Program-made: the position numbers and the translations under genes
Shown: one piece after another, positions 53,947-63,035 of the stretch
How the letters are laid out: each line of letters opens with the position of its first letter
Position numbering within the stretch: position 1 is the stretch's first letter
The notes under the pieces: model-generated
The model's database searches: none
The model's input: the letters and a program-made list of their open reading frames with translations, nothing else
What the model was told of the DNA's origin: nothing
Virus record (IMG/VR): IMGVR_UViG_3300017971_000277
Span: 1 to 64,000 of that record
DNA: 64,000 nucleotides
From: a virus
Reading direction: 5' to 3' (one strand)

Positions 53947-55641
53947 TTAGGCCGCGGTTACCTCACCCGGATCGGCTCCGGTTGCCGTCCCCGAGTCCTC
54001 GTCGGGTGCAGACGCCTCAGTTCCCTCTGGTTCCGGCTGGGGAGGAGTCGTCCCACCGGGAGGTCGTGTTTGGAAGATCGACTCGAGCGAAGCATCTTGC
54101 TCCGCGTCTTCGATCTCTTGCTCGATCACCTGTCGAAGCATGGTGGAGTCGCTGGCGAACAGCTTGCGAGCCACCTTCTTCTCGAGTTCCTTGATAGCCG
54201 TCTCGGAGGTCAGTGAGCCGCGAGCCAGGGTCATTCCCTGGAACAGCATCAGTTCATCCTCGACACCGAACTCAGAAGGATACGTGATTGTGCCGTCGAA
54301 TCTTTCACCCATCCAGCGGGCGATCATCCGGTGGACACGCGTTTCCGCCTGTTGAAGTCCAAGTGCCTTGGCTGCAAGGGATTGGTTCGTTTCGAGGAAC
54401 TGGAAGGCGTGGGCGATTCCACTGCTCGCTTGGCGCACGTCTCCTAGACCACCAGACGGGCGAACCTTCGCCAGCCGTCGGATCTCGTCTCGAGCTTCCT
54501 TCATCCACTCTTGGATCAGCTTGAGTGCAGTCTCGCCAGGAACGAGGTACTCCGGCTTGTTGCCACCCGGCTCATACTCGAGCACGTTGCCGTGTGAAAG
54601 CTGCGCCGGAGCATCGCCCTCGCCGCGCTCCATCGCCAGCACGTTGAGGCAGCGTTCGAAGATCTCCTCGTCGCCGAGCGAACTCCAGTTCAGGATCGCG
54701 ATGTTGATGTCGCTGATGTCGCGGACGCTCGAGACACCGAACCAAGGGTGATCCGCCTGCTTCTGCATCCGCAGGATGACGAGCGGAACGACCCCAAGAC
54801 CGTGCTCCTGACTGCGGACGAGGAATGCAGTCTCTCCGACGCTGCTGGTCGGGTCGTCTGGAGGAGTCACCGACGGGTTGCGCTTGACGAGCTTCCACTC
54901 CTCGAACTTCTCGCGATCCCAGATGACGAAGTTGCGGACTTCTTCCTCGACCGGCTGCTTCCAGTCACGCTCTTCGTCGGGACGGACGATCTCGACCTTG
55001 ACCCACTTGAAATTCCCGTAGTCGTCAAGCTCCCAGTCGAGGATCTGCTTGGCGTGTAGGAGAGTCAGGTAGGGGCGGAAGTTGGCTTCCTTGCGATCCG
55101 CTTCGGTGTCGAACTCCTCGACCGGCGTCTCTGGCATATCCACGAGGATTCCGACGTGACCCTCGACCTGAGCATAGGTACAGGCTTCTTGCCAGAATAC
55201 GTCCCACAAGGTGCCGTTGAAGTCGGCGTCCTTGTAGATCTCTTCGAAGTCCTCAGCCAGCGTTCCGGGGTTGCGGTCGATCGGCGCGTGGAACAAGAAC
55301 GCGGTGAACGTATCGACCACGTCCTCGACGTAATTGTAAAAGTACCCTCTTTCGACCCTCTTCTTCCACGTTGCGTCGTCTTCGCGAAGGTGGCGATGGA
55401 TGTACTCGTAGACATCCTTGCCTTCGTAGAGGTTGAGGTACTTCTGCCACTTGAGGGCTTGGTCGTCGTAGGTCGGGTTCGTGTACTCGAGCGCTTCGGC
55501 TTCCGACAGGATGTTCGGAGGCGTGATCGTCGGGTTGACGTTGCGATCACGGTCGAGATCGATGGCAGCATTTGCCCCTACGGCTTGCGTCACCGCACCG
55601 TAGACACCTCGCTGTAGATCGTCTTCGCCGAAGATACCCAT
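53947..55641 (-). CDS. portal protein
   Basis: 564 aa after TerL; HGLGVVPLV, SGIA and YPSEFG motifs; acidic tail. Confidence 0.88.
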   Translation of the reverse strand: MGIFGEDDLQRGVYGAVTQAVGANAAIDLDRDRNVNPTITPPNILSEAEALEYTNPTYDDQALKWQKYLNLYEGKDVYEYIHRHLREDDATWKKRVERGYFYNYVEDVVDTFTAFLFHAPIDRNPGTLAEDFEEIYKDADFNGTLWDVFWQEACTYAQVEGHVGILVDMPETPVEEFDTEADRKEANFRPYLTLLHAKQILDWELDDYGNFKWVKVEIVRPDEERDWKQPVEEEVRNFVIWDREKFEEWKLVKRNPSVTPPDDPTSSVGETAFLVRSQEHGLGVVPLVILRMQKQADHPWFGVSSVRDISDINIAILNWSSLGDEEIFERCLNVLAMERGEGDAPAQLSHGNVLEYEPGGNKPEYLVPGETALKLIQEWMKEARDEIRRLAKVRPSGGLGDVRQASSGIAHAFQFLETNQSLAAKALGLQQAETRVHRMIARWMGERFDGTITYPSEFGVEDELMLFQGMTLARGSLTSETAIKELEKKVARKLFASDSTMLRQVIEQEIEDAEQDASLESIFQTRPPGGTTPPQPEPEGTEASAPDEDSGTATGADPGEVTAA

Positions 55642-55682
55642 CGCGCTTACCCTAGCTGCTTGATTCCGTTAGGTCTACAGCT

Positions 55683-56033
55683 TCAAGACTGGAGGCTACC
55701 GGCAAGCGACCTGGCAGCAAGCTTGATCCCCTCGGTGACCGCGGTCGCAGCAATGGCGAGAAGGGTGTCGATCAGAGCGTCTCGCCAAGCCCGAAGTTCA
55801 AGCCACGCACGGGCTTCCACCGAGAACTTGGTCAGCGAGAACTCGGCCTGAAGGGCAACTTTGGCGCGCTCATCTCCACTGAGGGCGCGGGCGATTTGGT
55901 CCGCGGTCGCGTGGAAATCGGCCTTCTGGAGAGCATCGAGGGCTTCCGCGCCCTTCGCCTTGGCCCGAGCGACCGCGTCCTCGCGGATGCTCTTCGCGAG
56001 CCCCTCGACGGTGGTCACTGGTCCTCCGTCCAC
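55683..56033 (-). CDS. hypothetical helical protein
   Basis: 116 aa between TerL and portal. Confidence 0.6.
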   Translation of the reverse strand: MDGGPVTTVEGLAKSIREDAVARAKAKGAEALDALQKADFHATADQIARALSGDERAKVALQAEFSLTKFSVEARAWLELRAWRDALIDTLLAIAATAVTEGIKLAARSLAGSLQS

Positions 56034-56248
56034 TTGCCCTCGGCCTTCAGCACCTCAACCGCGTTGTCGTTCGCGATATAGAGCTTGGAGAGCACGGGAG
56101 CCGCAGTCGCGTCGGGCTTGTAGTGGCCGGTCTTGATCTCGAGCTTGAGGAACTTCTCGAAATCCTTCTGCGCCTTCACGTAGCTGGTCTGGAGGTTGGT
56201 GCAACAACCTCCGACCACCATCACCATCAGCAGCAAAGCCTTCTTCAT
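56015..56248 (-). CDS. putative lipoprotein
   Basis: MKKALLLMVMVVGG-C signal peptide II-like N-terminus. Confidence 0.65.
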   Translation of the reverse strand: MKKALLLMVMVVGGCCTNLQTSYVKAQKDFEKFLKLEIKTGHYKPDATAAPVLSKLYIANDNAVEVLKAEGKWTEDQ

Positions 56249-58839
56249 ATCCCCGTCATCTTTCGCACGCGGTAGCGAGGACCACGTCTCGTCTTACTCG
56301 AGTAGAGAGCATAGCGCAAAGCGTCCATGCAGTTGTGGGAGACTACGCCCGACTTCAGCAAAAAGCAATGAAGCTCAGGAACATTCAGGCACCAGACTGG
56401 TGAGCATCCGGCAAATCGGACTTCGCTGACTTCGACCGTCTCGCCCGTAATGCTCTCGCCTTGCACTTCGCAGAGCAGAAGCGGCTCCTGCTTGGGAAGA
56501 AGGTTTCGTAGCTGGTTTCGCAGACTTCGCACGTCTTGGTAGTTGTGGTCCTTCGTTCCCACGTCTCCTTGCCGTGCTGCTTGTGCCACTCCCGGCCCTC
56601 CTCTGAAGCGTGCCACGCGCAAGCCGCAGGTAGTGCTTTGTTCAGCATGTTCTCGCGCAACTGCTTCCGCCTCTGCTCGTTTATGTGCTCGTTTGAGTGC
56701 TGCTTCGGCGACAGCAAGCAGAGGTTGTCCAAGTTGTTGTTTGAAGTGTCCTCGTCTACGTGATGAACATGAAACCCAGGCTTGATCTCCCCGCGGCTCG
56801 CTTCCCACACCGAGCGATGAAGATACTCCCGTCCCCCGCCCTTCTTTGGTCTGCTGAAATACCTTCCGCACTTCCAGTAGGGAACGCCAAGGAATACCTG
56901 CTTCGTCTCGCTTACGACTACTGGATTCAGGTCCATGCCTCACCTTCAAAAGCCGACTACCGGGATGGAGATCGGCTACCGAAGCGTAACGCATAGAGTC
57001 CAGTAGAAACAGGTGGTTTTCAGTCGCGAGGTGTGTTTCACCGTTTGACAGTACCACCTCGTAGACCTCAGCATTCGACTGCGTTTGGCGTGCTCGGTTA
57101 TATGGGCGGAATCCGACCGGGGTAAGGATCTCCCCGTCCTTGCCATCTAGGGTCTGAATCTCGACCCATCCGTGTCCCCGTGTGCAGACCAGCGTATCTG
57201 GTGCAAGGCAGTGATCGTCCACCTTCATCGGCTTCCCGGTGCGATCGACCCTACCATCTGCGTAGGTCGGCCATCGATAGCTTCCGAATTCGCTGAGGAC
57301 GTGCTTGCAGTCTTCCCAGACGTAGAGCATCGGTTCTTCAGCCGGAGGAAAACCGCGAAGAAGGCTAGAGACGTGGTCGATTCCCATCAACACGTCCTTG
57401 TGAGCCTGCTTCGTCGGAACACCGAGAGCCTTAAGCTCGAGCCGGTCCTGTGCGCTCCAGTCAGCGTAGATCGGCTCGGAGCGAGTCCAGAACGGTGAGC
57501 GCTTGACTGCATTGGCGTGGTCACGGATGAGTCGCTGCTCCGCCACGTATTCAAAGAACACGAGCCAAGCACCAGTCGGCATCTGCGTGACCTTCAGATA
57601 GACGAACGGGTGACCAGGGCTAGAGCCGAAGTCCATGCCACCAACTCGAGGCCAAGTGATCTGAGGGTGATGGCAGCGAGTCATCTCGTAGAGCTTCTTG
57701 CGGGTCATAACGTGCCGACCGTTGTCGAACATGCTGTAGACCAGCTTTTCGCGGGACGGACGCTTATTGAGCCACTCGACTTCGAAGCGCTCGCGGTCGA
57801 TCAGACGGACCTTGTCGATGAAGTCCTCGATCGGAAAGAAGCCCGCGGACCCGTGAGCCTTACCCTTGCAGAACGTGTAGACCGGGCAGTCTCCATGCTC
57901 CGGGTCAGCGAAGCAGCGTCGAGTGCAGCGCTCCACCATCTCCCAGACGTTCCACTCGTAGATCTCAATGCCCTTGTTTGAAGCCTCGTCCAGCATTCGC
58001 TGCATGGAGCCGTTCTGAAGCTGTCGCGTCGAGGTGAACACGTTCTGCCCAACGATCCCCTTTGCCTTGCTCGAGTGAGCCATCGAGAGTGCGGTCTGAA
58101 GGATCTCCCACTCGATTAGGTCGATCTCATCGATGCGCGCCTTATGCGGGTGAGGCGAGCGCAGACCCTTTTCCGTGCCGGTGATGATCTCGAGCTTCGA
58201 TCCGTTGGCGTAGCTCGTCTCCTCCTGAATCTCCTTCTTCACGAAGGGTCGTCCAGTCACCTCGGCGAACTTCTCGCAGAACGAGATGAACCAAGGCATC
58301 TGCATGAAGTCTTGCAGGTAACCGTAAGCCTTCTTCGCCTGCGCCTTGACCGCTCCCGCGGACGCGATCTCGCACCCCGACTTAAATAGGAGGTCGAGAT
58401 GGTTGAGGATCGCTACCCCGAACGTCTTCCCGCCGCTTCGATTTGCGAAGGCTAGGGCATTGCGAGTCCGCTCAAAGAACAGGTCCGCGATGAACTCAAA
58501 AGGTGCGCGGTGCCCTGGCTCGATCGCCTTCCGCGGGATGTTTGCGTTGTAAGCGATCTGGATGAACTCGTGGAGTTCGTCATCTGTGGACGGGGGGTTC
58601 TTGAACTTGCCCTTCGCGTCGATCTCGAGGTAGTGCCAGAGGATCTGCCGGTTAATCGCCTCGAGCACACGAGGATCTTCTACCGCGACATCAAGCCCGA
58701 GAACGTGCTCATCGACCGCGACATCAAGCCGGACAACGTCCTCCTCAACGACCGGAAGAGGAGTTGGTTCCCTAGGCGCGGGCGGAGGAGGTAGCTGGTC
58801 GCTATCCGATGGCGGAGGCGGAGGAGGAAGCATCACCAC
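56245..58839 (-). CDS. terL: terminase large subunit with intein
   Basis: ANRSGGKT Walker A, RIDE Walker B, GGMDFG and DDH|intein|CMDALRY nuclease motifs. Confidence 0.92.
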   Translation of the reverse strand: MVMLPPPPPPSDSDQLPPPPAPREPTPLPVVEEDVVRLDVAVDEHVLGLDVAVEDPRVLEAINRQILWHYLEIDAKGKFKNPPSTDDELHEFIQIAYNANIPRKAIEPGHRAPFEFIADLFFERTRNALAFANRSGGKTFGVAILNHLDLLFKSGCEIASAGAVKAQAKKAYGYLQDFMQMPWFISFCEKFAEVTGRPFVKKEIQEETSYANGSKLEIITGTEKGLRSPHPHKARIDEIDLIEWEILQTALSMAHSSKAKGIVGQNVFTSTRQLQNGSMQRMLDEASNKGIEIYEWNVWEMVERCTRRCFADPEHGDCPVYTFCKGKAHGSAGFFPIEDFIDKVRLIDRERFEVEWLNKRPSREKLVYSMFDNGRHVMTRKKLYEMTRCHHPQITWPRVGGMDFGSSPGHPFVYLKVTQMPTGAWLVFFEYVAEQRLIRDHANAVKRSPFWTRSEPIYADWSAQDRLELKALGVPTKQAHKDVLMGIDHVSSLLRGFPPAEEPMLYVWEDCKHVLSEFGSYRWPTYADGRVDRTGKPMKVDDHCLAPDTLVCTRGHGWVEIQTLDGKDGEILTPVGFRPYNRARQTQSNAEVYEVVLSNGETHLATENHLFLLDSMRYASVADLHPGSRLLKVRHGPESSSRKRDEAGIPWRSLLEVRKVFQQTKEGRGTGVSSSLGVGSEPRGDQAWVSCSSRRRGHFKQQLGQPLLAVAEAALKRAHKRAEAEAVAREHAEQSTTCGLRVARFRGGPGVAQAARQGDVGTKDHNYQDVRSLRNQLRNLLPKQEPLLLCEVQGESITGETVEVSEVRFAGCSPVWCLNVPELHCFLLKSGVVSHNCMDALRYALYSSKTRRGPRYRVRKMTGI
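56332..57210 (-). mobile_element. 293-aa intein in the TerL nuclease domain
   Basis: CLAPDTLV (block A), ATENHLF (B), VWCLNV (F), SGVVSHN|C (G). Confidence 0.92.
56385..56936 (-). CDS. HNH homing endonuclease nested in the +1 frame inside the TerL intein
   Basis: YLHRSVWE...HVHHVDEDTSNNNLDNL...H (HNH) and CEVC...RFCSAKC zinc ribbon; own ATG preceded by AAGGTGAGG. Confidence 0.88.
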   Translation of the reverse strand: MDLNPVVVSETKQVFLGVPYWKCGRYFSRPKKGGGREYLHRSVWEASRGEIKPGFHVHHVDEDTSNNNLDNLCLLSPKQHSNEHINEQRRKQLRENMLNKALPAACAWHASEEGREWHKQHGKETWERRTTTTKTCEVCETSYETFFPSRSRFCSAKCKARALRARRSKSAKSDLPDAHQSGA

Positions 58840-59494
58840 CTCGTAGGATACGCTTCACAGCGGACGGATCTGACTGGCCGCTCAGAGAATTGCGCAACTT
58901 GCGCAGTTCGCTGATCGACATCTCACGGTCTTCCTCGTCCTCGATGGACGGCTTGCCCTCATCGGCAGCCCTGAGCTTGTCCATCATATCCTGAACCATC
59001 TTCATGCCGCGGATAGCGTGATCCATGCTGGTCACGTTCAAACCCTTGCGGTATTGGGTCAGGATCTCCTCTGCCTTGTGGTCACCGTAATCCAAAGGGA
59101 TTCCGGTCGCGTGGTAGAAGAGCTTGCTCCAGAGCCACTCAAGGTGCGCAAGACGCTCGCTGACGGTGCGGCTGATCGGGTAGTCCGAGCCAAGGACGTT
59201 CGTCGTCAGCGTCTCGATCGCGTTGCTGGTCGCCTTGGCGTGGCTGATCGGACTGACCACGTCGGCCTCGAGCAGCCGTCTGCGCGTGACGAGGGCTGCT
59301 TCATGCTCTGCCATCAGCGCGTCGTATCCGTGAAACGGGCAGTCGTAGGGACAGGAGAAGTCCGGCTTGCTCCAGTTCTTCGCTGTCTCCCAGTTCATCC
59401 CGAACTTGCGTGCGACCTCGGCGAAGTTCTGGGTCTTGAGATAGATCTCCCAGGCTTCCTTGTGTTGCTCAGGAGTATAGATAGTCCGACCCAT
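58802..59494 (-). CDS. putative terminase small subunit (N-terminal HTH)
   Basis: NFAEVARKFGMNWETAKNW HTH, directly upstream of TerL. Confidence 0.6.
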   Translation of the reverse strand: MGRTIYTPEQHKEAWEIYLKTQNFAEVARKFGMNWETAKNWSKPDFSCPYDCPFHGYDALMAEHEAALVTRRRLLEADVVSPISHAKATSNAIETLTTNVLGSDYPISRTVSERLAHLEWLWSKLFYHATGIPLDYGDHKAEEILTQYRKGLNVTSMDHAIRGMKMVQDMMDKLRAADEGKPSIEDEEDREMSISELRKLRNSLSGQSDPSAVKRILRGGDASSSASAIG

Positions 59495-59497
59495 GCA

Positions 59498-60334
59498 TCA
59501 CGCTACCTGCCCGATGTCTACGGACGGCTTCGCACGCACGTCGAGCACGATTTCGTGGGCGATCAAGAACGCACGCACCTTGGCGAGATGCACGTAGTAC
59601 TCGATCAAGAAGTCCCACCACCTACCTCCGACGTGTCGTGCTTCGATCACTTGAACGTCGAAACCCGACTGGTCGATAAGGTAACGGTTTAACTCTTTAG
59701 CCACAACGGCTGAATCCGCCTCGTCGCGGACTTCGACCTGAATGCAGCAGCGGAAGGACTTCTTGGTGAAGTCCTTCTCGCGCGGAGTCAGCCCGTAGGT
59801 CTTTCCCATCTTCTCCGGTGGTGAGGGGACCTCGCCAGGGCTCTTGCCCATCTCGATGGTTTCGTCCCAGTGCTGCTGAAGCACTTCTCCCATCGATGCG
59901 GGAGGAGGGGGAGGAGGTAGAGGAAGCTCTACGCTGTCCGGGGGAGGAGGAGGCGGAGGAGGAAGTTCGTAGTCGCTCGGTGGAGGAGGAGGAGGCGGAG
60001 GAGGAAGTTCAGGGATCGGTTTCTCTGGCACGCCTGGATGGTCCTTGCGCTTGACGCGCTTGCGGTTCTTCCGCTTTGGCCTTTTGACCGGCCAGCGGTT
60101 TTCTAGCCAAGTCAGCAGACCCTTCCGGCCTCGGTCGGACAGGCTCTCCGCCCGACGGTACATGTTCCTGCATTCCTTGGTGAAGTCCTCGTCCACCACG
60201 AGGCACAAGGACTGCGCCTTGATGAGTGCGGAGATCTTCTCCCGCTCAAAGAAGCGCATTCCTTGCCGCTCTGCTCTGGGGTAGAGATCCCGGAGCAGAT
60301 CGTCTCTCCAACTCTTTTGCTTACGCTTCGGCAT
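59498..60334 (-). CDS. hypothetical protein with three polyproline tracts
   Basis: EL(PL)-polyPro repeated three times between a basic and a folded domain. Confidence 0.7.
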   Translation of the reverse strand: MPKRKQKSWRDDLLRDLYPRAERQGMRFFEREKISALIKAQSLCLVVDEDFTKECRNMYRRAESLSDRGRKGLLTWLENRWPVKRPKRKNRKRVKRKDHPGVPEKPIPELPPPPPPPPPSDYELPPPPPPPPDSVELPLPPPPPPASMGEVLQQHWDETIEMGKSPGEVPSPPEKMGKTYGLTPREKDFTKKSFRCCIQVEVRDEADSAVVAKELNRYLIDQSGFDVQVIEARHVGGRWWDFLIEYYVHLAKVRAFLIAHEIVLDVRAKPSVDIGQVA

Positions 60335-60938
60335 CTGCCTTTCGAAGCCTCACTCCCCACCCTTGCGGGTATCCGTTGACGAAGCTGTAGCCGAGCGGCT
60401 CCCTGGAGATAACCTCGAACCCGGTTTGCTTGAAGAGGTCAGCAAGCATCTCGTCGGTCCACACCGTCTGGTGCCAGACGGTGATGTCGTGGCCTGTCTC
60501 ACCTTCGACCCACACCTTCAGAAGATGCTTTGCGTGCTGCTTCTCCTTCGGACGACCATCCAAAGGGAAGGTCAGCACGAGAACCCCATCGTCGGCTAGG
60601 ACGTAGCGCATTTGCTCGAGGCTCTTGATCGCCGCAGGCATCGTGCAGTGCTCAAGATACTCTCCAAGGATCACTGCGGCGAACTGGCCTTCTGAGAAGG
60701 TGTCCGCGGCCTTGAGCACGCTGCCGAGAATGAAACGGGGAAGATCGGTCAGACGCTTGCCAGTCTGCTCGTCCAACTCGCAGATGTCGAAGTTGATGAC
60801 CCCGTATTGGCTGAGGTTGCCTGGGTCTTCCTTGCAAGCAGCGTTGAGTATCGCGCCATTCTCGCGAAGCTCCGCGCAGGCTTCGCGCTGGTAGTTGTGG
60901 CAGTTCCTCAAGTTCAGTTGTCCCATTGCTATATCCAC
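60321..60938 (-). CDS. class I SAM-dependent methyltransferase (non-DNA type)
   Basis: ILNAAC, INFDI, FAAVILGEYLEH, L.DDGVLVLTFP motifs. Confidence 0.75.
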   Translation of the reverse strand: MDIAMGQLNLRNCHNYQREACAELRENGAILNAACKEDPGNLSQYGVINFDICELDEQTGKRLTDLPRFILGSVLKAADTFSEGQFAAVILGEYLEHCTMPAAIKSLEQMRYVLADDGVLVLTFPLDGRPKEKQHAKHLLKVWVEGETGHDITVWHQTVWTDEMLADLFKQTGFEVISREPLGYSFVNGYPQGWGVRLRKADAEA

Positions 60939-61969
60939 TTGATGCCGAGTGCTCGCGCGTCAGCGCGTTGAATCAGGAAGTTAAGCGCAACCTCCCACGA
61001 TCTTCTGACCGGAATGATGCGCTTGGTCCCGTCGTCCTCAAACACAGATTCGTGCGGAAGACCGAAGTCGTTCAAGCGCGGCGTGATTCGTTGCCATCGC
61101 CTCGAGCTTGCTTCCGGTGTCCCGTGAGCAAAAGCAGCATACTTCGCACGGGTGTCGTGGCCTTGCAGGACTAGGTCGATCAGTTCGCGAAAGGTTTCCT
61201 GTCTGCGTTTCTGCATCCTATCGACTTCGAACAAGAAGTCGGTGTAGTGCTCTAGCAGACCATTCGGATCGTAGGAATCGCGAATCGCGATCGGGTAGCG
61301 AACAAAGGCGCTGATGAAGTTCTTGCGCTCCAGCAGGATGATCCCGCGTCGTGCGCCGCCGAGTGCGCCGCCGAGTGTCTTTGTCCACTCGACGGTCGTT
61401 ACGCTGTAGCCGTAGCGACGCCTGTATGCGCGACGAATCTGCCACGTCTGTCGATCGACCAGCAAAAGCTCTGCGTTGTTCTTGTGCTCCTTGTGAAGAA
61501 GGTGCCCGTCACACCGGATGCAGTACTTGAGCCCTTGCTTGAATCCGGTCGCTTCCTTGGGAAGCCCGCACAAGCACCTCTTGTTGCGCGTTCCCTTCTG
61601 CCAGCAGGGCTCGCATCGCGTGTAGGAGAGCATCTTCGTCTCTTCCTCTTGCCTCGGACAGTAGCGGCAATATTCGCCTCCATGCGTCCCACGCGGGTTG
61701 TGATAGGTCTTCAAGCACGTCGTTGAGCAGAACCTTCGATGCGGCTGACCCGACGTGTCCTCAAACTCCTGCTGGCACTGCGGGCAGACCCGCTTCTTTG
61801 GGTTGCGCTTAAGCCACGCCTTCCAGCACTGGATGTCGCAGAAACGCTTCCTGCGCTTCGGGTAGCCGCGGACGGCTAGGTCGATCTGATCGCCGCACGC
61901 CTGGCAGTGGTTAGTTGCCGGTTGAGCCAAACCCACCAGACCCCCTGTCGCTGTCGTCCAAGTCTTCAA
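60929..61969 (-). CDS. multi-zinc-ribbon protein (start uncertain)
   Basis: Two CxxC...RFCxxxC units plus further CxxC pairs. Confidence 0.65.
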   Translation of the reverse strand: MKTWTTATGGLVGLAQPATNHCQACGDQIDLAVRGYPKRRKRFCDIQCWKAWLKRNPKKRVCPQCQQEFEDTSGQPHRRFCSTTCLKTYHNPRGTHGGEYCRYCPRQEEETKMLSYTRCEPCWQKGTRNKRCLCGLPKEATGFKQGLKYCIRCDGHLLHKEHKNNAELLLVDRQTWQIRRAYRRRYGYSVTTVEWTKTLGGALGGARRGIILLERKNFISAFVRYPIAIRDSYDPNGLLEHYTDFLFEVDRMQKRRQETFRELIDLVLQGHDTRAKYAAFAHGTPEASSRRWQRITPRLNDFGLPHESVFEDDGTKRIIPVRRSWEVALNFLIQRADARALGIKWI

Positions 61970-62345
61970 CCTCGAGCACCGGAGGCGTGAGGACGGGAGT
62001 GAGGATCCCCTGCGCGATCCGGTCGCCTTCTCGCAAAGTGACCGACCTTCCGCCTAGATTGACGAGAACGATCTGGACCTCACCTCGGTAACCCTCGTCC
62101 ACCACACCAGCCAGCCGGTGCAGACCATGCTTCGCAGCCAAGCCGGAGCGATCCCACAGCAGAAGCGCAGACCCTTCCGGGCAAGCGACTGCGATGCCGG
62201 TGCGAAACTTGTGGATCCCACCGACTGGAAGCGTCTTCGTCTCGAGGCTGTAGAAGTCGTAGCCCGCGTCCGTCTCGTGAGCACGACTGGGGAGCGTAGC
62301 TCGCTCGTCCAGCTTCTTGACGGGCAGGAAGAGGGGTTCGGTCAT
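61911..62345 (-). CDS. dut: trimeric dUTPase
   Basis: AGYD, RSGLA, GVVDEGYRGE, RIAQ and RGSGGFGSTG motifs. Confidence 0.96.
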   Translation of the reverse strand: MTEPLFLPVKKLDERATLPSRAHETDAGYDFYSLETKTLPVGGIHKFRTGIAVACPEGSALLLWDRSGLAAKHGLHRLAGVVDEGYRGEVQIVLVNLGGRSVTLREGDRIAQGILTPVLTPPVLEVEDLDDSDRGSGGFGSTGN

Positions 62346-62367
62346 AGCGTTCTCCTTGGGGGAGAAC

Positions 62368-62396
62368 ACCCTACGGGAGATCCTACGCGGGGTCAA
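62368..62396 (-). promoter_or_regulatory. sigma70-type promoter for dut and downstream genes
   Basis: TTGACC-N17-TAGGGT. Confidence 0.55.
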
Positions 62397-62669
62397 TGTC
62401 AAAACATTAAAAGCCCGCCGAATAGGATTTCGCCCCCGGATGCGAAAAGCCGCGAAACGCTAAATTTCGCGGCTGATGGTTTTCGTGCGAAAAGCGAAAT
62501 TGCGGTCTGCGAAAACCTACCCCCTTAAGAATCCCCCAGGGATCGCTCGGGCCGACGCTTGTGGAACGTCGCAAAGGACCGAGCGTAATCCTCCTTCGGA
62601 GGTAATCAAGAGTAAAATGAAAAAAGAATATCGTCGTTCTAAGCTATTAAATTTCAGCGAAATGCGCAG

Positions 62670-62999
62670 ATGATGGAAATCGGTCAGGTGTACCGAGAGT
62701 CAAATGGGTCACTTTGGCTCGCTGTCTCCCAAACAATGGTCGTCTCGTTTATCGAAGGTCGTCTGGTCGAGAAGCCTGCTACCGATGGCATCGCCACCCG
62801 GAAGCTCTCCGTTGGGGAAATCATCGAGGTCTGGTGCATTTCTCTCGCCGACCTAGATGCGCTCAGCCTTGAGTATCTCGACCCTGTTTCCCACAGGTCT
62901 ACGAACACCAGAAACCGCTCCAAATCCAAGCTCTCCCCCAAAGAAGCTATTGAGGAGACAAGGTCACGACTTCTGCATCGCTTATCATTTGACCTTTGA
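62670..62999 (+). CDS. hypothetical protein
   Basis: 109-aa ORF after the divergent intergenic region. Confidence 0.65.
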   Translation: MMEIGQVYRESNGSLWLAVSQTMVVSFIEGRLVEKPATDGIATRKLSVGEIIEVWCISLADLDALSLEYLDPVSHRSTNTRNRSKSKLSPKEAIEETRSRLLHRLSFDL

Positions 63000-63017
63000 T
63001 ACTTTTGAGTGTAGTCT
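62989..63017 (+). promoter_or_regulatory. sigma70-type promoter
   Basis: TTGACC-N17-TAGTCT followed by AAGGAGG SD. Confidence 0.65.
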
Positions 63018-63035
63018 CCCTCCAAGGAGGACCAT

